Below, piece by piece: positions 31,627-40,722 of a stretch of DNA of 64,000 nucleotides. The position numbers and the translations under genes were made by a program. Source of the DNA: a virus; the IMG/VR virus record IMGVR_UViG_3300029319_009044, positions 32,001 through 96,000 of that record; one strand, written 5' to 3'. The notes beneath the pieces were generated by a model. That model did no database searches and was not told the origin of the DNA. It saw only the letters and a program-made list of their open reading frames with translations. How positions within the stretch are numbered: the first letter of the stretch is position 1; each line of letters begins with the position of its first letter.

Positions 31627-32348
31627 TACTGTGTTAAAGCTGAAATTATGTATCTTAATTTAATATCGTTTTCTTCAATATCAAATACTACTACACCATA
31701 TTCAGTATTAATTTTTACTCTAATATTATCATTTAGCAAAGATAGTAATCTAATATTGTCTAAGTTAATTGCGATAGGTTCTAAGCTAAAATTTACTTTA
31801 CCAAGACTTAAGGTAAAATTATCAGTATTATGACGAGCTCTATCAGTAAGTTCCGCCATTAAACTACCTTCTTCAGTATAAAAATATATCTTATTAGTTT
31901 CACTAGCAAACGTACTACCTTTAAAGAGTCTTTGAATAGTAGCTTTATTTAAATTAAAATTAGTATCGAATTTGAAACTATTAATTTTATCTATATTAAT
32001 ATTAGGCTTAGTTATAAAACCTTCTTCATATAAATGATATTTAAATTTTACGCCATTACCTTTATATTGTAAATTATTAGAATTAAGTTCAATATCTAAA
32101 GATTCTTCTTCAATAGTATCAAGAACATGTCTTAATTTTTTAACATCAGGTATATTAAGAGTTGTATTAAAGTTAAAATTAGATTTATATTCACTATGTA
32201 ATATTAAAGTACTATCTAAGCTAGATACTAAACTAACTAACTTATCATCTTTTATTTCAAAGATTACTCCAGTATCATTAATTTTTGATATCGTATCTAA
32301 ATACTTTAGATATTCACTCTTACTTTTTATTCTTAGCGCTCTTACCAT
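31626..32348 (-). CDS. gp45: Sliding clamp (T4 gp45-like / PCNA fold)
   Basis: 240 aa with alternating beta/alpha clamp pattern, C-terminal KLRYIIS, replication-gene context. Confidence 0.7.
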   Translation of the reverse strand: MVRALRIKSKSEYLKYLDTISKINDTGVIFEIKDDKLVSLVSSLDSTLILHSEYKSNFNFNTTLNIPDVKKLRHVLDTIEEESLDIELNSNNLQYKGNGVKFKYHLYEEGFITKPNINIDKINSFKFDTNFNLNKATIQRLFKGSTFASETNKIYFYTEEGSLMAELTDRARHNTDNFTLSLGKVNFSLEPIAINLDNIRLLSLLNDNIRVKINTEYGVVVFDIEENDIKLRYIISALTQ

Positions 32349-32784
32349 TATCTAATAATAAGCTAATTTTTTCTAAAATCAAATTTTGTTTTTTAACTAG
32401 ATCTAAAAGCTCATCTATTTTTGAAGGTTCAGTTAAATTAAATTCCATTTGATTAGGGTCAACTTCATTAACAGCTGAAGGTTGTTCTGTCCTAATAGTA
32501 CGTTGTGCTGCAATTTCTTGAGCTGCTTGCTCTGGTGTAACAGTAGCTACTGGTTCAGCTGATTGCTGTACTTCAAGTGCAGGAGGATTAGGGACTACTT
32601 GTGGTGGTTGTTGATTATTTTGTGTAGTAGGTAATTGTGCAGTTTGTTCAAAAACTTGTCTCATATTATTTGATTGATGAGTTAGATTATTAGACTCACC
32701 TACTATCATTTGATCTTGCTTATGCATCTGCCCGTATGTTTGACCCATAAGTTGCATAACAGCTGCTTTTTCTTCAGGTGTCAT
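32320..32784 (-). CDS. Gln/Pro-rich hypothetical protein
   Basis: 154 aa between gp32 and the clamp. Confidence 0.5.
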   Translation of the reverse strand: MTPEEKAAVMQLMGQTYGQMHKQDQMIVGESNNLTHQSNNMRQVFEQTAQLPTTQNNQQPPQVVPNPPALEVQQSAEPVATVTPEQAAQEIAAQRTIRTEQPSAVNEVDPNQMEFNLTEPSKIDELLDLVKKQNLILEKISLLLDNGKSAKNKK

Positions 32785-32786
32785 TT

Positions 32787-33617
32787 TTAAAGATCTTTCA
32801 ATAATTCATCAATATCTTCTTCAACTGTATCATTTGATACTACAGCTGGCTCAGGTTCTACAGGAGTCTCACTTGGTACAGGAGCTGATGTAGTAGGAGC
32901 CGGCTCCTCAGTTCTACAATAGTAATGCTCATTAAGCATATCTTTAAGCTCATCGTATGACTTAATAGTAAACACTTCAGTTAAGTCATGAGCTCCATCA
33001 TAGATACCTTTTTGCTCATCTTCAGAAAGATCAATTTTACCAGCAGGAGTAAATCTAGAAGATACATAAGTAGGATAATCTCCTTGTTGCTCCACTTTAA
33101 TTTTAAAGTTTACACCTTCAGGTCCTAGATCAAAAATACGAGGACCAAACTCTTCTGCATCTTCACCTTCAATAGCTTCAGTAATAATTTTATGAAGCTG
33201 CTTACCATATCGAAGAATCTTTACAGTACCATTATTATCTGGATTAGTAGGATCATCAATAACGTATATATTTACTAACCACTTTTCTAAGCGGCGAACA
33301 ACACTCATTCTTTCTTTTTCTTCTTCACTACCAGTTCTAAGAACTTTAAAACGTTCTTCAGCAATAGGATCACGCTCACCAAAAGTTTGAGGACTAAGCG
33401 ATTGAACATATTGACCAGTAGCATAAGAAGTCCATCCATGATTATAGTAATGAAAGAAAGTCTTACTAGGATCTTTAGCAAAAGGTAAGAGTCTTACCGT
33501 GTATGTATTACCCGACTTAGTCGGCATAATCTCGTTAAACTTAGCTGACCCCTTACTATCAGAAGTAGCTAGTGCATCTTTTATTGATTGAAACATTGAA
33601 CTATTAAAAGTACTCAT
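32787..33617 (-). CDS. gp32: Single-stranded DNA-binding protein (T4 gp32-like)
   Basis: VRLLP, NIYVIDDP.NPDNNG.VK..RYGK, G.NFKIK, acidic tail EEDIDELLKDL. Confidence 0.9.
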   Translation of the reverse strand: MSTFNSSMFQSIKDALATSDSKGSAKFNEIMPTKSGNTYTVRLLPFAKDPSKTFFHYYNHGWTSYATGQYVQSLSPQTFGERDPIAEERFKVLRTGSEEEKERMSVVRRLEKWLVNIYVIDDPTNPDNNGTVKILRYGKQLHKIITEAIEGEDAEEFGPRIFDLGPEGVNFKIKVEQQGDYPTYVSSRFTPAGKIDLSEDEQKGIYDGAHDLTEVFTIKSYDELKDMLNEHYYCRTEEPAPTTSAPVPSETPVEPEPAVVSNDTVEEDIDELLKDL

Positions 33618-33623
33618 ACGCTA

Positions 33624-33651
33624 ATTATAATTACTAAGAACTAAACTTCAA
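33624..33651 (-). promoter_or_regulatory. Sigma70-like promoter for gp32 (TTGAAG-N16-TATAAT-N6-ATG)
   Basis: Read directly. Confidence 0.6.
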
Positions 33652-34293
33652 TAGATTTTGTTCTATTATTTTGAGACCTTTTGTAGCTTTATGTTTTAAC
33701 TTTTTAGAACTAAGGAACTTAGCTCTAGTTTGTGCATATAGGTCATAAAAATCGGAAATTATCCATGTTAATGTTCCAGTTTGTTCCTTAATTACATGAT
33801 CAACTTTTAATGAATGAAGCAGATAAAAATTTATCTTATGATTTTTTAAATGTGTAAATATAATGGGTATAGAGTTAGGAGTATCTACACCTGTATATTG
33901 TTTATATTTTGCTAAAGTTATTTTTTCTTTATTACAATAATCAAATATAAACTTTAAACATTTTTTTAATGTATTGATACTTTCTTCGCTATCTGGGTTC
34001 TCTGTTTCTCTATCTTTACAAAAAATAGAATAACATTTTATTGCTCTTCTAGTATTAAAAAATGATAAATCAAAATAATTATCTGAACCATATACTTTAT
34101 AAGGTGCTATAAAAAAATCACTATAGTTTATATGATTATATTTTGATAAAAGTAAGTTTAGTTTTTTTAACGCAACTTCATCTTTGCTTTCTAAACCATC
34201 AAAATTTTGCCTTAGTCTAACTGGTTTATTTTTAGCCTTACGAGAAGCATATAGATAGCTATTATATATTGACTTCTCTTTTTCTGTAATCAT
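33634..34293 (-). CDS. Basic hypothetical protein, possibly a gp59-like helicase loader
   Basis: 219 aa, Lys/Tyr/Phe-rich, immediately upstream of gp32 like T4 gp59; no decisive motif. Confidence 0.3.
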   Translation of the reverse strand: MITEKEKSIYNSYLYASRKAKNKPVRLRQNFDGLESKDEVALKKLNLLLSKYNHINYSDFFIAPYKVYGSDNYFDLSFFNTRRAIKCYSIFCKDRETENPDSEESINTLKKCLKFIFDYCNKEKITLAKYKQYTGVDTPNSIPIIFTHLKNHKINFYLLHSLKVDHVIKEQTGTLTWIISDFYDLYAQTRAKFLSSKKLKHKATKGLKIIEQNLLKFSS

Positions 34294-34586
34294 AAATTTA
34301 TATCTGAATGAGAATTAAGGAACTTCGTAATATATTTTGATTTAGTAATAGATGGCTCGAAGTCTATAAATAGTTTAACTACATCAAAATTAGTTTCAAT
34401 GGTTAAAAGCTCCTTAAGTACGTTCCTTATTTTTTCTTCTTGTAATACTAATATAAAAATATTTTGTAGAGATAATTTTTTACCTTTTAATTGAGAGCAA
34501 AAAGTACAAAAACATAATAATAGATGTTCAGTTTCATCTTTTATTAAAGTACTTGATGGAGCTTGATTTAAATTTTTATTTAGCAT
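34290..34586 (-). CDS. Hypothetical protein
   Basis: 98 aa, overlapping both neighbours. Confidence 0.45.
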   Translation of the reverse strand: MLNKNLNQAPSSTLIKDETEHLLLCFCTFCSQLKGKKLSLQNIFILVLQEEKIRNVLKELLTIETNFDVVKLFIDFEPSITKSKYITKFLNSHSDINL

Positions 34587-35449
34587 GGTGTAAATTGTTT
34601 AGTTAGAGTTGCAAATCTGTTAGTTAGCTTACCTCCCGCAGAAGCTGTATGTCCCCCTCCATCACATAATTTTTTAGCTATTAAACTTACATCTACACTA
34701 CAATCCTTTTTTCTTCTAAAGGATACAGTTTTAGCTGTTGTATTTACTATAACACTAATATCAGCATTATACTTGCTAAGTAAAAAATGAGCTAATTCTC
34801 CTACTGCATAATTACCAAACGAAGCTATAACATTATAATCTTTAATTTTACCTTTAAAAACTCCGTTAGTATTAATTTGCTCTTTAAATTTTTTGAAAAA
34901 AAGTTTTATAGAGTTTTTTTGCTCTATAGTAAACTCTGTTAAACCATTATAAAAATTACTAATAAAATTTTCTGTTTTAGGAGCATTCAGGTTGTAGTAA
35001 ATTGCATTTAATTTTAAAGATTCATTGTTTGATTTATACCAATCATATTGACTTACTATATTAATTAGGTTCAACTGCTCTTTAGTTAACTTTAAATGTG
35101 TTTTAAATTTGCTATGAATTAACTTAATACAAGAAAAGAAACTATCATCAATTATAACTTTAGCTTTTTTATATAAATGTCTGTTTTTGTAATGATTTGC
35201 ATGCGTATCAATTACTACAACATTTTCTCTATCAGCCAACTCTATTTGTTCTGTATTAAGATCTAAGTCAATAATAAAAACTCTATCATAATGATCAAGA
35301 GATGTTGTAGCTCCTTTGAATCGTCCTGTAAAAGTAGACTCAGTAACGTCATTTATATTAAATGCTTTAGAGTTTTTATATAACCACTTTATCATTAGAG
35401 CACCACCGGCTCCATGAAGATCGGTATCAGTCCATATTTGGATATTCAC
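34580..35449 (-). CDS. DHH/DHHA1 phosphoesterase-like protein (NrnB-like) with degenerate motifs
   Basis: DTDLHG, IIDLDL, IDTH, SFR and GGGHTASAGG; GTG start. Confidence 0.7.
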   Translation of the reverse strand: MNIQIWTDTDLHGAGGALMIKWLYKNSKAFNINDVTESTFTGRFKGATTSLDHYDRVFIIDLDLNTEQIELADRENVVVIDTHANHYKNRHLYKKAKVIIDDSFFSCIKLIHSKFKTHLKLTKEQLNLINIVSQYDWYKSNNESLKLNAIYYNLNAPKTENFISNFYNGLTEFTIEQKNSIKLFFKKFKEQINTNGVFKGKIKDYNVIASFGNYAVGELAHFLLSKYNADISVIVNTTAKTVSFRRKKDCSVDVSLIAKKLCDGGGHTASAGGKLTNRFATLTKQFTPC

Positions 35450-35472
35450 TTAATATATTTATAAAAAGTTCC

Positions 35473-36780
35473 TTATGTTGCAAGTCCTACTAACGCGCTA
35501 AGAGTCTCATTGCCATCATCTTCAAACTCCACATCATCTGCTTCTTCAATAGATAGAGTACTATAGTCTATACGCATAGCTTGAGTATTTCCTCGGGGAC
35601 CATACCGGTTTTTCATCATACCAAGTCTTATTATACCAAGTTCTCTATCTTCTTCATTTTGATATATAGATACAATAACATCAGCAGTAGCAGCTAATCC
35701 AATAGATTCAGATATAGTAGCAAGATCCGGATTATCAGTATCAAATCCTGATCTATTTAACTGAGTAGCAGATATAATAGGGCATTCAAATATATAACTC
35801 ATAGCACGCACTTGCTCGGTAACATGCTTAATACGTTCATAAGAATTATTACCCATAGTAGAATGCATTAAGTTAAGATAATCTAAAACTATTGCATCTA
35901 ATTTAATTCCTTTATCTTGAAACTTCTTTACAAACCCTTTTAGTTGACTAGGGGTAATAGTAGAAGGAGGAAACTCTTTAATAAAGATTTTACCTTCTTC
36001 ACTTTTAACGGCTTGTCTAATAGAAGGTGCATTACCAGCTAATTCCTTCATAGGAATTTTAGTTACGTTAGTACATATTCTACGAGCATATAACAGCTCT
36101 GACATCTCTAAAGTTACAAGTAATACATTTTTACCTTGCTGAGCTATATTAGTAGCTACATTACCTAAAAAGATAGACTTACCAATATTAGTTTCACCGG
36201 CAAATACGTATAAAGATTTACCAGCTTCGAGGAAGCCGCCACCTAAAGTTTCATCTAACCAGTCCCAAGTACTAGGAACATGTCGTTCAACAGAGTTAAT
36301 ATCATCAATAAGTAAGTCAATATCACTATAAAGATCTAAACCTAAATCAGTTACTAAATTAATATTACAAGATTTTTCAAATTTATCTAATACAACAGAT
36401 GTATCAACTTTGCCGCTTGATACATCTTCAGCTACATTAAGCATAGTATGATAAACAGCTTTTTCTTTAAGAAACTGTTCAGTATTATCATACAATTCGT
36501 CCTTATCTAAATCTTTATCAATATCATTAAACGATACTACTAACTCTTTAAAGGATTCTTTTTGTTCATCAGATACTAAATGCGACTTAATCTCAGTAGT
36601 AGTAGGGAGCTTGTTACGTTTTTCAGAAAACTCTTTAATAATAGCAAATATACTAGCTATAGATTTATTCTTAAAAAATTCAGGCTTTACAAAATCAGCT
36701 ACAGAAGCAAGATAAGTCCCGTCAGTAAGAGACTTATAGATTAAGACATTTTCAAAATAATCTAAGTCTAATTTACTCAC
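35473..36780 (-). CDS. gp41: Replicative helicase (T4 gp41 / DnaB-like)
   Basis: AGETNIGKS, TLEMSE, LDYLNL, SATQLNR, KNRYG. Confidence 0.93.
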   Translation of the reverse strand: MSKLDLDYFENVLIYKSLTDGTYLASVADFVKPEFFKNKSIASIFAIIKEFSEKRNKLPTTTEIKSHLVSDEQKESFKELVVSFNDIDKDLDKDELYDNTEQFLKEKAVYHTMLNVAEDVSSGKVDTSVVLDKFEKSCNINLVTDLGLDLYSDIDLLIDDINSVERHVPSTWDWLDETLGGGFLEAGKSLYVFAGETNIGKSIFLGNVATNIAQQGKNVLLVTLEMSELLYARRICTNVTKIPMKELAGNAPSIRQAVKSEEGKIFIKEFPPSTITPSQLKGFVKKFQDKGIKLDAIVLDYLNLMHSTMGNNSYERIKHVTEQVRAMSYIFECPIISATQLNRSGFDTDNPDLATISESIGLAATADVIVSIYQNEEDRELGIIRLGMMKNRYGPRGNTQAMRIDYSTLSIEEADDVEFEDDGNETLSALVGLAT

Positions 36781-36799
36781 AATAATATAATATATTCTT

Positions 36800-37453
36800 T
36801 TACTTAGTTTTCCACTTATTCAAAAACCACTCTTGACCTTTATTAAACTCTTCTGTAAAAGAAGTAAGACCGGGAGAGTTATGTGTCACTAAAATATCAC
36901 CAACACCTACTTTAAATCCAGCTTTATGACATTGCATAGAGTAATCTAAATCGTAAAAATGCCATTTTGAAGGGCATGATTCATCAAATTTAATTTTTGT
37001 AAATACTTTTCTTTTTATAGCCATAAAAACCCCATCAATAATAATAGTTCTATGTGGGTAAGAACCAAATGGGGTCATATGTTTTTCTTTTTCATCCCCA
37101 TGAGCTACTGCTCCATGTAAATTTTTAGATCCAAATCCACCACCCATAATATGCCAAAGTGCCGGTGGTGATAAGTTAACTTGAGAACAACCAGCACAAC
37201 CTATTAAGTCATATTTTTTAAATAATTTTTCTAGTCTTTCATCAGAAAAATTTTCTAAAATTAAATCATCATGTACTAATATTAAATTTTGAACATTTTC
37301 TTGAATAGCAAAATCAATAGCTTTATTATATACCTTATGTAAAGAGTCGGTATTATTTTGCTTAAATACTACTTGAGAGTTTTCAGAAGTTTTCCAAAGT
37401 AATGTATCTATGTCTTTACCAGCAGTAGCTGAAAATATCATATTTTGCATCAT
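36800..37453 (-). CDS. Glycosyltransferase, GT-A/GT2-like (start probably ATG 37453)
   Basis: YNKAI, LVHDD, IDGVFMA, WHFYDLDYS, THNSPG; ATGA overlap with the amidotransferase stop. Confidence 0.75.
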   Translation of the reverse strand: MMQNMIFSATAGKDIDTLLWKTSENSQVVFKQNNTDSLHKVYNKAIDFAIQENVQNLILVHDDLILENFSDERLEKLFKKYDLIGCAGCSQVNLSPPALWHIMGGGFGSKNLHGAVAHGDEKEKHMTPFGSYPHRTIIIDGVFMAIKRKVFTKIKFDESCPSKWHFYDLDYSMQCHKAGFKVGVGDILVTHNSPGLTSFTEEFNKGQEWFLNKWKTK

Positions 37454-38121
37454 ATAAATGAAAAAGGTGAATCGTGTTGAAACTCGCAAACTTTATTCCA
37501 TCTTCGAGTTTTATTATTAAGTTTTACTAATACACCTTCTTGTAATTGTTTAAGACCTTCACCTGATAATGTAGAGTAATCTCCATTATTATTGTAATGC
37601 AATAAAGATCCAGAACGAGCTAAAAATACTTCATTCGTATCACAAAAAACTATACTTAACGCATATGTACCGGATAACTGCTCTAATGTTCTTTTAATTA
37701 TCTTTTTAGGGTTGACTAAAACTTTACCTTTCTTATGTTCAATGTGAGTAAAATACTCTAACATATTCACTATAGTCTCAGTATCTACTTTTGTTTTAAG
37801 ACCGTACATATTATTTAACTTTTTATGATTAGTTAAAACTCCATTATGTGATACAAGCCACGATAATGATTCAAATGGATGTGATGTATCGTAACTATAT
37901 TCTCTCATTGATGAGGTAGGAGCTTGTACGTGACCTAAGTAATAATTAGTTTTAGGTTGATGTGTATACTTATCGAAATCTATATCACCTTTTTTCTTTT
38001 TAATAAATTGATCGTCTTCAGACAGACTAATTATACTACTAGCAAAATTACCTCTTTGTTTATTTGCTTCGTACAAGACTTCAAACATAGAAGTATTAAA
38101 AGAACCAAAAATAGCGCACAT
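37450..38121 (-). CDS. Stand-alone class II glutamine amidotransferase (Ntn hydrolase)
   Basis: N-terminal MC, RG, GH..APT, HPF, HNG, VDTE. Confidence 0.85.
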   Translation of the reverse strand: MCAIFGSFNTSMFEVLYEANKQRGNFASSIISLSEDDQFIKKKKGDIDFDKYTHQPKTNYYLGHVQAPTSSMREYSYDTSHPFESLSWLVSHNGVLTNHKKLNNMYGLKTKVDTETIVNMLEYFTHIEHKKGKVLVNPKKIIKRTLEQLSGTYALSIVFCDTNEVFLARSGSLLHYNNNGDYSTLSGEGLKQLQEGVLVKLNNKTRRWNKVCEFQHDSPFSFI

Positions 38122-38150
38122 AATATATGTTATTATATTTTATGCAATAA

Positions 38151-38603
38151 TCAATCTTCCCATGGAAACTTAAAACCTTCTTCCCACATATACGAGTTAT
38201 CTACATACCTACTTCTTGGTCCATCAGGACCTTCAGCTCTAATTCGTTCACTCAATCTACGCATTTGTAATATCCATGATGTAGGTTCACTAATACTCTC
38301 TCTATTATCTTTATCTATACGCCAAAAGAAGTCAATAGTTCCGTAACGCTTGTCTTTAGATAAGCAATTATCAGGATAATCAATACCATCAATTGTATAC
38401 CATTTCTTTTTTTTCTTTTTAGTTTTCTGTATTCCTAAATTTTTTAAAGTCTTTATTCCAAGACCTTTTACCTTAAAAAGATCATCATTATTTCTAAAAG
38501 GTCTGAATCCCATTATTCTTGCAGCTGTGGTTCTACCTACTCCGGGTATTTTACACAGTTCTCTTCTATTCATCTTGTTAAAATCTTTATAATTCAGCTT
38601 CAT
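38151..38603 (-). CDS. Helix-hairpin-helix (ComEA-type) DNA-binding protein
   Basis: IPGVGRTTAARI...RPFRNNDDLFKVKGLG tandem HhH. Confidence 0.8.
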   Translation of the reverse strand: MKLNYKDFNKMNRRELCKIPGVGRTTAARIMGFRPFRNNDDLFKVKGLGIKTLKNLGIQKTKKKKKKWYTIDGIDYPDNCLSKDKRYGTIDFFWRIDKDNRESISEPTSWILQMRRLSERIRAEGPDGPRSRYVDNSYMWEEGFKFPWED

Positions 38604-38620
38604 AGATATAAATATATTAT

Positions 38621-39967
38621 ATGAGTTCCTTTAATATTTACGATAATTATAGCTCCTTTAATCATTTAATCAACAGAACTGAGTTATTAGAAGAAAAAAC
38701 TTACAAAGCAATGGTTAAAGGTGCTAATCTAGGACCAGAGCTTAAAAAATATAAGACAGAAGATGGTAAAGGTTTAAGTGCTACTTCAAGAATTAAAAAT
38801 CTTATTTTAATAAGTGCTTTAGTACGTATGGATATGTTGGATGAAGATGTAGCTAAAGCTTTAAGAAAGAAAGCTACTTCATCTACTTATATTACTAATA
38901 CACTAAAGGAACTCGCACCTAAGGTACATGCTGAATTATTTGATGGTGATAACCCGGGTAGTGAAAAAGTAGTAAAGTATGTTCAAGATAATATAGAACA
39001 GTTATTACCGTTTGCAGTAAAGAATGTTACTCGTGGAGAGTTTGAAATAAAGGAAGTTGATACAGAAGAGCCAGATGATAGTGAAGCTAAAGAGTTAGAA
39101 GATGAGGTATCTGATGAAGTTAAGATAGCTCAAGGCTTAATGAGTAGTGGTGCTGATCGAGTAAAGTTAGATTTTGATGATGTTGATGTAAACATTGAAG
39201 GGTTAAATAATAAGAATGAAGTAGCTGCTAAGGTTGTAGATTTAATTAATACTACTAATAACTTAAAAGCTGAACCTACAGGGGTTGGTCTTAATATAGA
39301 AGGACCGATCGGAGCATTTGGTTCCCAAACTGATATATCTGATATGTTAACTAGAATTATTACTAGTCATTTTCCTGATGTAAGTGAAAGTGAAGTTAAG
39401 GTTACTCTTAACACTAATGAAGAGGATTATGAAGAAGGCCCTGAGCCCATAGAGCCTGAAGGACCTACTAATGAGTACGAGGAAGATATAAATGATGTAG
39501 AGGAAGATGCAGAATATAAAGGAATAAAACAAAAGTTTTCACCAAAATATGCTAAGAAGGTTGAAGATGAGTTTAAGGATCATGTAAAGCTTAGAAAGGG
39601 TAATTTAGGTGTTAAGCTACCTCCTGGTAATAAAGATGAAATTGAAGATTACAAGAAAAGAGGATATGTTGAAGATAATGAGTTTGATGACTTTGATATT
39701 GGACCTCAGTCAGATGAAAATGTACCTGATGATTATGAAGAGGTTTTAAAAGCAATGATAACAAAAGATAAAGAGAATTTTGCTAAAAATATGATCGAAG
39801 ATGAAGAAGAACTTCAAGTTGAGAGTACTACTGCAGCTTACTTAACTGAGCAAAAGCAAAGTGACAAGCGTAATAAAAAAGCAGAAGTTAAAAATCAATC
39901 CTTTAAGGAAAGATATAAGCCTAAAACACATTGGCAGTTAGAAGAGCTTAGACGTTACGGTCTTTAA
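38621..39967 (+). CDS. Acidic late protein, probably virion-internal
   Basis: Perfect TATAAATA at 38607-38614; Glu/Asp-rich with EEDAE and EDNE motifs; lone plus-strand gene in a minus-strand block. Confidence 0.5.
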   Translation: MSSFNIYDNYSSFNHLINRTELLEEKTYKAMVKGANLGPELKKYKTEDGKGLSATSRIKNLILISALVRMDMLDEDVAKALRKKATSSTYITNTLKELAPKVHAELFDGDNPGSEKVVKYVQDNIEQLLPFAVKNVTRGEFEIKEVDTEEPDDSEAKELEDEVSDEVKIAQGLMSSGADRVKLDFDDVDVNIEGLNNKNEVAAKVVDLINTTNNLKAEPTGVGLNIEGPIGAFGSQTDISDMLTRIITSHFPDVSESEVKVTLNTNEEDYEEGPEPIEPEGPTNEYEEDINDVEEDAEYKGIKQKFSPKYAKKVEDEFKDHVKLRKGNLGVKLPPGNKDEIEDYKKRGYVEDNEFDDFDIGPQSDENVPDDYEEVLKAMITKDKENFAKNMIEDEEELQVESTTAAYLTEQKQSDKRNKKAEVKNQSFKERYKPKTHWQLEELRRYGL

Positions 39968-40722
39968 GCGCATTTCTTACATTTGTTCTCATCATATAGT
40001 TTATCTATTTTATCTTGTTGAACATATGCTATAGGGTCTCTATAACCTGCACTTACAAAGCCTTTTACTCTCATACTACTTGATGGTGTAGTAGCATCTG
40101 CTAGTTTATCTTCTCTATCAGAATAACAAGTCCAGGTATCTCCAAACTTTACACCTAATCGAACACCTTCTTTAATAATTTCTTCTTTAGACATATCTAA
40201 TAGAGGTGCTTCTACTTTAATTCTATTCTCTCTATTAAGATCAGTTACATTATTAAGAGTATCAACAAACTCTTCACTACCATCCCAATAACCAGCAAGC
40301 GAATCAACTTGTGCTGCTCCATACCATACAGTATCAGCACCTACACTTTCTGCATAAGCAGAGCAAATAGATAAAAACATTAAGTTTCTAAACGGTACGT
40401 AAGATACAGGTTGAGCATCCCCAGCTATTTTACTAATATCAGGGTTATCAATATCGGTATTAGTTAAAGAAGATGTAGGAGCTATATCTCTAATATAATT
40501 TACATCAAGAACTTTATTAGTTACCTTTAAATTAAACCAACCACTAAACTGAACATTAAAGTTTGTTATCTGTTTCTTAACACAATCAAGCTCTCGTTTA
40601 TGTCTTTGACCGTAATCAAAGGTTACAGTATGTATTTCTTCAAAGCCTCTATCCTGTGCCATATACAACAGCACAGATGAGTCCATTCCTCCACTAAGAG
40701 TCAGTACTAGTTTCTTTTTCAT
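39964..40722 (-). CDS. queC: 7-cyano-7-deazaguanine synthase
   Basis: SGGMDS PP-loop, FDYGQRH, YVPFRN, YWD, TWTCY; later zinc cysteines absent. Confidence 0.9.
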   Translation of the reverse strand: MKKKLVLTLSGGMDSSVLLYMAQDRGFEEIHTVTFDYGQRHKRELDCVKKQITNFNVQFSGWFNLKVTNKVLDVNYIRDIAPTSSLTNTDIDNPDISKIAGDAQPVSYVPFRNLMFLSICSAYAESVGADTVWYGAAQVDSLAGYWDGSEEFVDTLNNVTDLNRENRIKVEAPLLDMSKEEIIKEGVRLGVKFGDTWTCYSDREDKLADATTPSSSMRVKGFVSAGYRDPIAYVQQDKIDKLYDENKCKKCA

